Position numbers and translations under genes: made by a program | Source of the DNA: the human T2T-CHM13v2.0 reference genome, Homo sapiens | Direction: 5' to 3' (one strand) | NCBI RefSeq assembly: GCF_009914755.1 | Contig: NC_060931.1 | DNA length: 64,000 nucleotides | Notes under the pieces: generated by a model | Told to the model about the DNA's origin: nothing | Database searches by the model: none | What the model saw: only the letters and a program-made list of their open reading frames with translations | Shown: piece after piece, positions 13,388-26,312 of the stretch | Position numbering within the stretch: position 1 is the stretch's first letter | How the letters are laid out: each line of letters starts with the position of its first letter

Positions 13388-13707
13388 ATTTATTTATTTA
13401 TTTTTTATTGAGACAGAGTTTCACTCTGTCATCCAGGCTGAAGTGCAGTCCTGGAATCTTGGCTCACTGCAACCTCCGCCTCCCAGGTTCAAGATATCCT
13501 CCCACCTCAGCTTCCCAAGTAGCTGGGACTAAAGGCATGCACCACCATGCCTGGCTAATTTTTGTATTTTGTGTTTTTTTTTTTTTTAGAAGAAATGGGG
13601 GTTTGGCCATGTTGGCCAGGCTGGTCTTCAACTCCTGACCTCAAGTGACCCGCCTGCTTTGGCCTCTCAAAGTGCTAGGATTTCTGGCGTGAGCCACTGC
13701 ATCTGGC
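13388..13707 (-). mobile_element. Full-length Alu (AluS/J) with (TTTA)n tail
   Basis: Antisense dimeric Alu; diverged TSD aactactgttattt / aattattgttattt. Confidence 0.94.
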
Positions 13708-13927
13708 ACAATTATTGTTATTTTTAAGAAATCTAATTCTGTTGCAACATTTAAAGGAATACATTAAAAATGATACGTTTTAAATTATTTTTTTAATGCT
13801 GAGTAATCACTGAGTTTGCTTCATACAAAATACATTCCGACAATCACCAACAAATCTTCAAATAACCAGGAAGGTAGAAGCCTAAATGGATTAAAATCAT
13901 GGGGTTGATCAGTATTACTCAATGTTC

Positions 13928-14190
13928 CCATGTACCAACTCTGCACATGTACCCCCTGTATCTAAAATAAAAGTTGAAATTTAAGAAATAAAAACATGGG
14001 GTTTAGAGTCAGACTAACTGGCTTTCTTCAGTTATTGTGTGACCTCTGGCAAGTCTCTTAATATTGCAGAGCCTAATTTTCCTCATTTGTAATGTAGGAG
14101 TAGAAAAGCATACCTCTTCATGAGGTGTTCTCAGTTAACTAATGTATTGTGTTTAGTGTCCAAGAGAGTAATCACTCAGTAAACATGAGT
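13928..14190 (+). mobile_element. Short L1 3'-end fragment followed by MIR
   Basis: ctgcacatgtaccccctgtatctaaaataaaagttg, then MIR core gcctaattttcctcatttgtaatg. Confidence 0.6.
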
Positions 14191-15149
14191 TTCTTCTCCC
14201 TATTATTTGACTAAAAAGAAAAAGCAAAAAATAAAAATTTAAAAAGCAACAGGAAGACAAATCACTGAGTATAAGCAATTTTGGATTATTTTATACTCAG
14301 TGATACTCAAAATGGAAACTTTATTTCCTATACAACCAAATTTTAATGGTGTTCTCTTCCTGGAACAAGCAAATTCAATTCACTTTGAACAATTCACTTG
14401 TTCACAAACAATTAAAATAAGTGCTTAAGCTAATCATTTTGCATCCAGGCTGAGACTTCCAGGGTATGGCTGGCATATCTCATTATGTAGTTTGTTTCTA
14501 CAGTTTTCCCTTTCTAGAAACCACACATCCCCAAAACCTATATGTGGTATTCTTATTCAGGCATGAATTATATTGGTTGATCTTTTCTGTGCAATTTCTA
14601 TAACATTTATCATATAAAATGTGGAAGGAGAGCTCAGTTCTATCGTTATCAATTAGCATTTATATCCTTGGTGTTTTGGAGGTATTAAGTATTGGGTTTT
14701 TATTATATACAAAATACATTTGTCTACACTTCTGATTTTTGTACTGTTGAAAAGTTTTAACAATGCGTTTTTAAGCTAAGAGATGCCTTCCTCAAAATCC
14801 AACTGCAGGCTCTCTACTCCATCTTGAAGTTAAACTGCAAACAATATTAATGCTCACAAAACAGTAGGCAATGAGGACTCCCACCTCTGCAGTGAGTAGG
14901 GTCTCAAACCAGTCCAGGTGCTCTAAACAACTAATAGTATGTGGCTGCCGTAGTGGTCCCAGGTTACCATTTGCTGAATGAACTGGAGCTTTCCCATTAT
15001 GTCAGCAAGCATTATGTCTGCCTAGGCAATATGAATGAACTTTCTGTCTTGCTGTCTTGGTTTGCATTTTGGTTTCTTCTCTGAGACTGAGGTCCAGACC
15101 ATTATCTAGTGTGTTCAGACTTGAAAACCTACCAAGTTCACCCAAAATC

Positions 15150-15553
15150 TGATGTAGCTTGGATGTTTGTTTCTATCCAAATTTCATGTTGAATTGTAAT
15201 CAGCAATGCTGGAGATGGGGCCTGGTGAGAAGTGTTTGGGTGATGGGGGTGGATCCGTTGTGGCCTGGTGCTGTCTTCAGGATAGTGAGTTCTTTTTCGA
15301 TCTGGTGGTTTAAAAGTGTGTGGCACCTCCCTCATCCACTCTCTTGCTCCTGCTTTTGTCATGTGACATGCCTACTCCTCCTTCGTCTTCCACCATGATT
15401 GTAAGCTTCCTGAAACCCTCATCAGAAGCCGAGCAGATGTTGGTGCCATACTTGTACAGCCTGCAGAACTGTGAGCCAGTTAAACCTCTTCTCTTTATTA
15501 GTTTCTCAGTCTCAGATATTTATAGCAATGTAAGCATGGCCTAATATCATACA
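15150..15553 (+). mobile_element. MaLR solo LTR (MSTA/MSTB-like)
   Basis: tgatgtagcttggatgtttg...gaagccgagcagatgttggtgccatacttgtacagcctgcagaactgtgagcc. Confidence 0.88.
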
Positions 15554-15749
15554 AAGTCCTAATCCCCAAAGTTGGATTTCCCTCATCATTTTACTTCTAC
15601 CACTGGCCGATGTTCCTTTCAAAAATAGACTATTTGCTGTACTATTATCCTCCCTCTGAGCATCTTGCTACTTAGAAATGCCAGCCACTGAACTATATCC
15701 AACAGAGAAATCATTTATCAGGGTCAAGTCTGTTTCTCTATGACTTAGA

Positions 15750-16146
15750 GCACTGGTTCTTGAATTTGGCTGTACATTGGAATCACCCAGGAAGGTTTAT
15801 AAACTCTTGATGTCTGGTCTCAGACTCAGACATTCTCATTAATTTGATATGCACAGTGGAATTTTCTTTATTATACTTGAAGTTCTGGGGTACATGTGGA
15901 GAATGTGCAGGTTTGTTACATAGGTATACATGTGCCATGGTGGTTTGCTGCACCCATCAACCTGTCACCTACATTAGGTATTTCTCCTAATGCTATCCTT
16001 CCCCTAGCCCCCCCATCCCCGGCAAGGCCAGGGTGTGTGATATTCCCCTCCCTGTGTCCATGGGTTCTCCTTGTTCAACTCCGCACAGTGGAATTTTTAA
16101 AAGCTCAGCAGGTGATTCTCATGGGCAGTCTAGACTGAGAACCACA
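15750..16146. mobile_element. MER5-family hAT-Charlie MITE split by an L1 insertion
   Basis: cactggttcttgaatttggctgtacattggaatcacc ... aaaagctcagcaggtgattctcatgggcag...tgagaaccac. Confidence 0.75.
15866..16082 (-). mobile_element. Severely 5'-truncated L1PA (L1PA7/8-like), about 217 bp, with perfect 15-bp TSD
   Basis: Antisense L1 3'UTR; GCACAGTGGAATTTT at 15851-15865 and 16083-16097. Confidence 0.93.
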
Positions 16147-17194
16147 TATTTAGAGTGCTAACTCCAGGCCTCCCCTGATGCCTACCTTAACCGAGGTTAT
16201 TTCACTGTGCCTTAGCTACACCTTTTCCTCTTCTACCTACATATTCTTCTGCCTTTCTTGGAGATCCTGATTGTCTTTGTAGCTGAGTTTATTTGAGGAG
16301 TGACAATAGAATTCTGAGGTTTGTGTTGTTGTTGCTGTTACTTTTGTTTGTTTTTGGTAGATTCATTTGTTTTTGAAAGGTTAGATAAATGGCAGAAAGA
16401 ATTGAATTATTTCAAAGAAGTTATGACTGACATTTTACTGCTGCTCTTCAGCAAGAAATGAAAAAAAAAAATTCTACCAATTGACAAGTCAAGGACATAC
16501 AGAGATACATTTTGGGTTCGTTACATTAGCAGTCACCAAAGTAATGTGGAGGGAAGTGTGCAAGATGATCTGCTAGCATATCAAAAAATATTTGAAATTC
16601 TATGTGATTGTTTTGGTAGAAAAATAGAAAAAAAAATGAAGCTTTAACAATCCATATAGCACATGAATTAATATTGGTGCTCTCGCTTAGTCCTTCATTT
16701 ACTTGATCACTTGCCTTGCAAGTTATGTGAGAGGAAAGCTCTGCAATGGATTATAGCTTTTGTGTGTACAGGTAAATGGGTGTCAATCTGATATGTAACA
16801 TTATGGAAAATACTCTCACAAGATGGAAATGGCTTAATACCAATCTCTTAGTTAACTGTAGGTTGAAAACTATAGGTTGAAAATGTTAAAAGATAAAAGA
16901 ATAAAATTATTTCTAATTTTGGCTTGTGTAAAAACTATTATGGAAATAACTCCATAATTCAATTTTTATCATTATTTTCATTTAATAATAGCAAAATAGT
17001 GAGCAAACTAGGAAAATTTTTAATAGCTGAATTTCTTACTTAATATGATGTCACTCAAAAATTATTATTGTGAATTACTTATCGAATACCAATAAATGAA
17101 TAAATGTTACTTTTGTAAGCATTTTATACACTATCTCAGCATATACATTTGATCCCCAAATATAAAAAGAATGTTTTTTAGTTGAGCACTCTCA

Positions 17195-17790
17195 ACATTT
17201 TTGTGAGGTATCCACCTTTCAAGATAAACCCAGAAATTCCTGCCTGCTGGAATTCATGTCCTTTTGTAGTCCCATTTCACTTGTACCAGAGTTGGTCAGG
17301 TAACCAGCAGCTCATTGTGGAAATGATGGTATATCATTTTCATGTTCAGGTTATAAAAGATTGTGGTAGCCAGGCATGGTGGCACATGCTTGTAGTCCCA
17401 GCTGCTAGGGAGGCTGAGGCAGGAGGATTACTTGAGCCCAGGAGTTCCAGGCTACAGTGAGCCATGGTAGCACCACCACACTCCCAGCCTGAGCACTGTC
17501 TCTCTCCTATTTCTTGTTCTTTCTCAGATCACTTACATGGGAGGAAGCCAGTTTCTATGTTGTGAGTTGCCCTTATGGAAATGTCCATGTGGCCAGAAAC
17601 TGAGGAAGGCCTTTAGCCAACAGTCGGAGAGGAGCTGAGCCTCTTGGTTCAACAGATGGTAAGAAACTGAGGCCTGCCAACAACCACAAGAATGGGCTTG
17701 GAAGCTGATCCTTTAGCCCCAGGTAAGCCTTGAGATAACTGCAGCTCAAGAAGACAGGCAGCTGGATTGCAACCTCATGAGAGACCCTGA
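17195..17790 (+). mobile_element. MaLR LTR (MLT1D/E-like) interrupted by an Alu monomer
   Basis: ccatgtggccagaaactgaggaaggcctttagccaacag...cagctggattgcaacctcatgagagaccctga. Confidence 0.7.
17368..17495 (+). mobile_element. Alu monomer (FRAM/AluJ right-arm-like), no tail
   Basis: gccaggcatggtggcacatgcttgtagtcccagct...ggaggattacttgagcccaggagttc. Confidence 0.85.
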
Positions 17791-18094
17791 AGTCTTTCTT
17801 AACATAATTGCTGGCTTTTCTTTTTTTTTTTTTTTTTAAGAAAAACAAAGTGAAAATATATATTAATAACTTTAAGGAAGTATTAATACTTTTATTTCTT
17901 GCTCTATATGTCCTTTTTTTTTTTGCTCAGTTATATTGGATATCAGATGATTTGGGATCTACTTCATTTGGAAAAGTCACCTAATTTAATGTTGCTTCTT
18001 CCTCTTTTATAAGATGGGACTTATCATGATTATCCTTTACTGAATACTGACCATTTACTAAGCACCTATCTTATCTTCACAAGAGCCTTTTTGG

Positions 18095-18205
18095 ATCTTA
18101 TTATCCCCATTTTTTATGTTAAGAAACTGAGGTTTAGTGATTATTTATCAATATGTGGCTAGTAGGTTGAGATTAAACTCACCTGAGTCTAGCTCCAAAT
18201 TTCTG
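18095..18205 (-). mobile_element. MIR SINE fragment
   Basis: ttatccccatttttatgttaagaaactgaggtttagtg...gagattaaactcacctgagtct. Confidence 0.65.
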
Positions 18206-18347
18206 TTACAACATACAATTTTCCTTGTTATGCATTTTCTTACTGAGATTTCAAGTGTTTTATTAAGAAAATTGGGATTTTGAATCAAATTTTGCATTTT
18301 CCAAGAATAGAACGCATACTCTCCAGAAGAGGAGAGTGGATGCCTCA
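18183..18347 (-). other. Candidate spliced exon, 165 nt, probably non-coding or cryptic
   Basis: Long U-rich tract + CAG acceptor; CAG|GTGAGT donor; one open frame. Confidence 0.35.
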
Positions 18348-18350
18348 CTG

Positions 18351-18399
18351 AAAAAAAAAAAAAAAAAAAAAAAAAAAGAAGAAAGAAAGAAAAAGAAAA
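18351..18399. repeat. Poly(A) run (27 nt) plus (GAAA)-like tract
   Basis: Seen directly; no Alu or L1 body immediately upstream. Confidence 0.95.
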
Positions 18400-20136
18400 T
18401 ATCAGCCAGATTTCTTAGTGACTAAATCCAAAGTTGACTAAGGTCAAGAAACATCTTGTACTTTTATCAGAGTTAGAATATTTTATACAAACGTGGCGAC
18501 TTTTCTCCTAATAATATATAAATGTGGAGAGAGGTGTGGGGATTTTCTTCTTTCAGTGTAAAAAGGCACATTAATGTCTCTCACATCTACATTATCCCTT
18601 AACATTCATTTTTCACAGCAGCAGGTCTTTGTAGAAGGATCACGTGGTTGGAGTCAGTCAAATGTGGCCTTGAATCAACAAGTTGGTTACTCTGTCTGAA
18701 ATTCAATTTCCTCATTTACAAAGAGGAGCTAGTAATGCCAGCATTCAAGATCATTTTGTAGATTAAATGGGCATAAAACAAATAGTAGTGTGTAAAATAG
18801 TAAATATTATGGGTTCACAATTCTGAAATCCAAGTACTTTGAAAATAATAGGTGTGAGTGATATGGGGTAAATAATATATTTTTCTCTGTGGGCATTTTG
18901 ATGAGTTTCATCATGAACTGTAGTCCCAGAGTCCAGAGGAAATATGACGTGAGATACGGCATATGCACCATTTAACTGTTTCAAATATTAAAAATCCTTA
19001 ATTCCCAAAGAAATTTGGCCTAAAAGTTTTGGGAAAAGTATATGGACATATTATTTTTATTATTAATATTATTAATTAAAATATGGACTAAAACTTCTAT
19101 GTAAAATAAGAACTTTTATACTCAGTGATAATATTCATTAAGTTTTACAGTGAACGCTCAAGATTTATATCGAAACACTTTGACTTGAAGTAACAAAATT
19201 ATCTTCACAAGTGGCAATTGGTAAAATTAATATGACCTTTTGAAAACTGAAGAAACTGAATTATGAAAGACATATGTAATTTATGTAAAATTAAGTTAAA
19301 AATTAAGATCACAGTTGAGATTTGAAATCTTTAATTTACTTTCTTTGTGTTTAGCTCTCTGATTAGGCATCTTTTAATTTCAGCTCAAGTACTTTTGGAA
19401 ATGATCAGTTTTGCAAAACAATCTTATTGGCAACAAAAAAAATAGCAGCCTATATTTCTAAACATATTTTTTCAGATTAAAAGAAACTAAAATTTTGTGA
19501 GCAATTTTTGCATATAACCTTTATATTTGCCATTTGTTCATATGAATTTGCTCAAGCAGAAATTTTTAAAAATACATTATAAGAATATGTGTGGTATGTA
19601 AGAAAACATGAACACACACATGCGAATCTATATATCTATGCTTGTTAGCCATCTAGTGGCTTTGAAATAAAATTAACAACAAAAGTAGAAATCACTATGT
19701 TATCTTAATTACTACTATGGAATATGTATTGTTTAAATTATATAGTGTGTTCTTAGTTCTTAAACACAATCATTTTGATAAATTTTGAAGTCAAGTTTTA
19801 TTTACCAAATCTTGCTTTCAGTTTTTTGTGAACTCTGCCTAGTCCACTCCTCACTTTCAATTGACATAAGCAAAGTTTGAAGCACTTGTCATTTTAATTT
19901 ATTTTCACTCCTTATGGACATCTATGCCAGTGGTACACAAAAGTATTGTCCTTTTGTTTGTTAGAAGACTAGCCTTTCTTGCCACAGGATTGCTATAGAA
20001 TCAAAGAGCCTAAGGCCTTTGCTGTTTCAGTATAACAGGAATGTAAAATGTAGTCATCATTTGGGATTTATGTGGTCTCCAATCATCAGACTTCTTCATA
20101 TAAGAAATCACTTCTCATTTTATAGAGTATCCTATG

Positions 20137-20544
20137 TTTCATGCGCGTCCGTGTGAAGAGACCACCAAACAGGCTTTGTGTGAACAACATGGCTGTTTAT
20201 TTCACCTGGGTGCAGGCGGGCTGAGTCTGAAAAGAGAGTCAGTGAAGGGAGATAGGGGTGGGGCCGTTTTATAGGATTTGGGTAGGTAAAGGAAAAAGGG
20301 GGTGTGTTCTCTGGCAGGCAGGAGTGGGGGGGGTCACGAGGTACTCAGTGGGGGAGCTTTTGAGCCAGGATGAGCCAGGAGAAGGAATTTCACAAGACAA
20401 TGTCATCAGTTAAGGCAGGAACAGGCCATTTTCACTTCTTTCGTGGTGGAATGTCATCAGTGAAGGCAGGAACCGGGGATCTGGATGTGTAAGTGCAGGT
20501 CACAGGGTATATGATGGCTTAGCTTGGGCTCAAGAGGCCTGACA
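20137..20544 (-). mobile_element. Solo HERV-H LTR (LTR7 family) with perfect 5-bp TSD CTATG
   Basis: Reverse complement reads TGTCAGGCCTCTTGAGCCCAAGCTAAGCCATCAT...CACACGGACGCGCATGAAA; CTATG at 20132-20136 and 20545-20549. Confidence 0.95.
20196..20273 (-). promoter_or_regulatory. LTR7 TATA box (TATAAAA, 20273-20267), GC/GT box and poly(A) signal (AATAAA, 20201-20196)
   Basis: Motifs intact at the expected LTR positions; activity not shown. Confidence 0.7.
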
Positions 20545-23144
20545 CTATGTACTATGCAATTTCACATATTTTATAACATCAAACAGTGAAAGATAAATGA
20601 AAGTATCAAATATAAAGAGTGTTTGGATTATTTTCCATTTTGGAACGCTTACTCTATTGTTGAGTTATTATTAGCCTTGCCTACTTAAGGCCTGTGTAAA
20701 CTTTTTTATTACTTATTTTGTGATTTGCCAGATTTTGTGCGAGTATGTATGTGTGTTTTTTATAACTTGGTAGGCTTCTTTACATAGAGATGGAAGGAGC
20801 TAGAGATACCATGTGATTTATTTAATTTCCTTCAAAGTTTGCCATTCTTTACAATTGCTGAGTAGCTGTATTAAAGTCTATGAAAATGCTGTATTAACAC
20901 TATGCCACGTGTGTTGAGATGATATAATCTCATTTATTGATGAAATTAATGTATATATTTAAATAAGGTAGAAAAATATCATGGCAAAATCTTTATATTT
21001 ACTACTGAAAGTCAATCTAACAAAAATTATTGTTTTATCATTTCTAATTAGCTTTATAAACTATAGCTGAAGAGGTGTTTATTTGTAAGTTTTTGTTTAT
21101 TTTCAGCCATTATTTTTGCAAATTCCTAAGGACTATTTACATGTCCAGTCAGGGTGTTGCAAACAATCTTCTCAATCCATTGAGGAGGGCTCTGGGTCAT
21201 AATCTTTTTGGGTAGCATTGGTGTGATCAGCTCTATTTGAACCACATCTCTGCGCTTCTACATCTTAACAAGGGAACACAAACTAGTTTCGATTGTAAAA
21301 ATTTGGATTCTGGGGAAAAAAAAACAAAACACTAAAACATTTTCTATTTTGTTCTACTAATTGCTATGTATGGGGGGACTCTCTATTTCATTGCTAATTT
21401 TATATTTTATTACCTTCTCCCACTGATTTTGGACTCTGCCTCAGAATTATAGTTTTATTAAGTAAGGCAACAGAACTCAACATTTGTTACAGCAAGTTAA
21501 TGTTTTCAGGTGAGTAAAAAGTGTTATATTCTTATACATTTTCTAAATGTGCATTAATCAATGTATAGGATTTGTTTACTTCTTCAAAATTTTGAGTTGT
21601 AATATATTCATTTTCTTGGGGTAACAGCCTAGTATAGAAAGATGTTCTTTGTCTTTCCAGAATGGAAAGACAATATGTCTTGTATTTTGATAATGTTGTT
21701 TTCCTTTTTGCTATTTTCTGAGATGTTACTAGATTATCGATACTAGTTGAAAAACAGAAGTTTCTTTGTTAAAGTGAAATGAACAGGTGCCTTTCATGAG
21801 TAAAATAAAAGGTCTTTCTTTAACATCCTCGTGGATATGATCCCTATTGTTTCTTTTTTAAATTACATAATGGGAATGTTAATCTTTTTATCTCAGTTTA
21901 AATTGGTTTTAAGTACCTAACACATTTAAAAGTTGGAAAACCTTAACTACTTCTATTAGGGATTTTGTGTTTAAATTACTTAATCCTTTTTACACAAAAC
22001 TTGCATGTCATTTCTTGAAAGAATACTGCCTGTGAGTTAATTACATGAATTAGATATTTGTGTTCATGGTTTCTTGGCATTCAATCAAATATTTGGCTAG
22101 AAGTATTTTGAGGTTTTAGAAAAAAATATGTGGGAAATAATTTTAAAATATAATGCCTCCATTCAGATGGGGAAGTGCATGGCAAACCCTTACTTTTGCA
22201 GATGAACAATAGGATTTAGGACATCATAACCCTATCTAGAAAAAATAAATAAAAATGTAGAAAGTAATCCTCTTGGATGGTTTCCCCTGCTTCTGTCAAA
22301 ACGTGAGGCTCTTTATCTAATTACAGGAGCAGAAAAGAATATAGAAGAGAAAAATTTGCAACAAATTCAGAATGTTGTGACAGAAGAGAAATAAAATTTC
22401 TATCCACTTGAAAAAAATTGCCAGAATTTGAGACATAATTTACTCACTAATTATAGCCAGTTGAAATTACTGGTGACATACTGATTGGCAGAAGGCACAT
22501 TTACAAGGTGTTCAATGCTATGCACTCCCTCTGAGCTAATTAAACCACCTTCAGGCTTTAGCCATGGGCTCCATTTTCAGCAGAAGGATAGATCCAGGCT
22601 GCTGTATCTTTTCATTACTCAATGTTCAAACACCTGAGTGCAAAGCTGAGCATTGAGATTGACTAGAGTTGGCAGCACCTGTTAAACATTTCTCACATCC
22701 TCTCTCGTTTCATAATAGTTTCAGAAATTCTAAGTGTTAGAATGACATTTGGTGACAGACCATCAGTGCTGTCATCTGGGCATTAAAAAAAAATCAACTG
22801 ATTATTGACTTTAATTAGCTTGTTATTCCTACTCTAATATTAACTGTAATTTGGAATTTAGGAAAAGAGATGGCACCAAACCCTGTTAGTATCCGTCTGT
22901 TTTTCTCCTTGATGAATTCAGTTGTTGATAGCAGTTTTATTATTATAAATATAACATAACTTAAAATGCATGGAAACTGTGTATGTGTAATTTAATGTAA
23001 TTATGATTATTTTGCTGATGCCTAGAAAAAGAAACTTTTGTTAGATGACATACTGTTTTTATTTAGGAATCTAAAGACAGTCCCTTAAAATGCATACTTG
23101 TACAATATTTGGTATTTCTTTAAAAAATGTAAAGTAGGAGTAGG

Positions 23145-23645
<501 letters not shown>

Positions 23646-23739
23646 TCAATAAGGGTTTTTAATGCAATAATGTGATGATATTAAATGTGGTGTAAACAAA
23701 TTATGCATTCGTGATTATAACTATACAATTACATAACAA

Positions 23740-23950
23740 AGTAATATACTATGTAATATTAAATATATACATTATAATAAAATATGTCATGATTGCATTC
23801 ATTTAAAATATAATTACAATGTATACTTTATAGTACAATATAATATACTATTAATATACCATAGTAATAATACAATATAAAATCATATACAGTATATTTT
23901 ATATATTAAAGTTGAGTCATTAAAATACAATAATATATACTTAATTGTTA
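23740..23950. repeat. AT-rich low-complexity tract
   Basis: Recurrent taatatac / acaatata words. Confidence 0.7.
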
Positions 23951-24423
23951 TTAGTGAGAATAAATGAGGAAAAGCTGGGAAGTAATATAATTTATCTGAT
24001 TAGTTTTTTCAATAAATTATATATTTTAAGCTTGTTACATACTAAATACCACATTCATTCTGTGAGTAAAATTAAATTAAACTATTTATCTTTAACTCTT
24101 GGGCACCTAAATAAGAAATAGGCTATTCAAAATACAGAGGAACAAAATAAAGTATGTTTTGGAACATTTTTCCTTTAAGCTGAAATTCACATAAGTCCCA
24201 AATGGCCTCCAGTCTACAATGTCCTCCACAAACCTAGACTGGATGTAGAGTGACAGTTTGTTCTGAGAGTGCTAACAGTAATTGTGAACTTAACGTCTCA
24301 GAATTGGGCCAAGAAAGTGCAGTTACTGTAAGAACAGATGTTCTTTAAGGTGATTTCTATTCTGTGAAGTCAGGAATTTCCCTTTTCAATGTTATTCTCT
24401 CAATTTATTTCAGCCTTGTCCTT

Positions 24424-24586
24424 AAACTAGTTTCTAATACTGATTTCATCTTCTCATCTTTTTTTTTTCTTTTCTCTAAACTCAAAAACAAAACTTTAAG
24501 TTGGGTACCAAACTAGTTTCTAATACTGATTTCATTTTTTTTAAACTTTTCTCTAAACTCAAAAACAAATGTTTAAGTCAGGTACA
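24424..24586. repeat. Two-copy tandem duplication (86-bp first unit)
   Basis: aaactagtttctaatactgatttcat...ttttctctaaactcaaaaacaaa...tttaagt..ggtac at 24424 and 24510. Confidence 0.92.
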
Positions 24587-25889
24587 AAATATTCCAATAT
24601 TAAGTAGAGCTGAAATGCGAAGCATTGACCATTAACAAAATAAGATTGTGTTGACATGAGTTGGCATTGTTCTACTGGTTTGTTGTATTTCTTGGGGGAC
24701 ACTATCACAAATCTTAGCTTTTGACATGATCATCTGATCTTTATTGGAAAAAGTTATATTAGAAATAGAAGAAAATAGAATGCTTTATTCAGAATTTTTA
24801 AGTAAAATATTCAATTTCCTTTTCATTTCTAGTCTAAAAATAGCTTCTCAAAAACTAATTTCTAAAAAAATACAATAGTGATCAAATAGGTATCTGATAT
24901 TATGGCCTATGATCTAGTTGGCAGCTCTTTAACATGGCTGCTCAGTCTCTATGACATAGTTTATTGTAAAATGCAGCTTCTTACCTTCAGGAAAATAAGA
25001 AAATATTAAAAGTCTACTCCCATGACACTATCACATTCTTGACAGTTACAAGTACCCCCCAAATTTAGATTTAGTCAGAAAAGTGAAAATAGGTAGTTGA
25101 AGCCATGTGATTAGATGAGATCACTGCATGAATTAAGGTTTAAAAAGATAAAATTATATTCAGGGAAGAATATTAAGAAATCGCTGAATATTAAGAATGT
25201 CTGTATAAGGAGAGTGTCAGCAATGGGAGAAATTTCCACATAGTTACAAAGCTCTGATCTGGGAGTAGTCTTTAGCATTTTGGCCTGTGCTGTGTCCACG
25301 GTAATGGATCTATCATTCTCTGCCAAAGGAAAGATAATCAGTATAAAGAATCAGCAAAGTACAGAAAGAAACCTTATATTTTCAACAAAAATCAAATGAC
25401 AGTAATACCAAGCAATGTATATGCCAAAGATTATGCTAAAGAGTCTATGATGTTTGTCATTCAATAAGAAAAATATTTTTCTAAAGTATTGTTTTTAACA
25501 TTTATATCCTGTAGAATCTATCTTGTAGCAGTTCCAGTCTCTCTCCATTTTCAAACATCTGTAACATGTTGCTCATTAAGGAACAACACTCTTCAAAGTA
25601 ATAGCATCAGAACACAAATGTAGCATCATTAATATGAGTTATCAGTATAAGGTTAAGGTCACTAAAAAGTTAAATATCTCTTAAGAAGTATGTATGTTTT
25701 GAGTGTTTGTGAAGTATTAAAAACATAAGCTATATATATATCATATAAATAATGATACATAAAATGACAAAAAAAAACTGTATCAAGTAAGTAAGTTAAA
25801 ACCTTACAAGCTGTGTAAAAATTTAGAGAATCAATGTGTATTCCAGTTGGGAAATTCCTAAATATATATAAAAACAGAAGCCATCTTAC

Positions 25890-26312
25890 TTTTGGGGTTT
25901 TCCAGAGAAACAGATCAATAGGATATAAATAGATATATAAAAGGAGATATATTGTAGGAATTGGCTCTCACATTATTATGGAGGTGGAGAAGTCCCACAG
26001 TACATTTTATGCAAGGTAGAAACTCAGGAAAGTGGTTGCTTAATTCAGTCCTAGTTTGAAGGCCTGAGAACCAGGAGCTCAAGAAAAGAAAGAGAATTTG
26101 CCTTTCTCTGCCCTTTTTCTACTATCAGGGCCCTTGAAAGATTGGTTGATGCCTACCCATATTGTTAAAAGTGGATCTTCTTTACTCAGTCTATTGATTC
26201 ACATGCTAATCTCTTCTGGAAACACCCTCACAAACACTAACAAAAATAATGTTTTACCAGCCATCTGGGCATCTCTTTACAGTCAAGTTGACACATAAAA
26301 TTAACCATCACA
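25890..26312 (-). mobile_element. ERVL LTR (MLT2B-like)
   Basis: Ends gtcaagttgacacataaaattaaccatcaca, the reverse complement of the MLT2 5' end. Confidence 0.85.

Noticed and set aside
19114-19130. 17-mer ttttatactcagtgata shared with 14289-14305
   Set aside because: A single AT-rich 17-mer match is plausible by chance in a window of this size and composition
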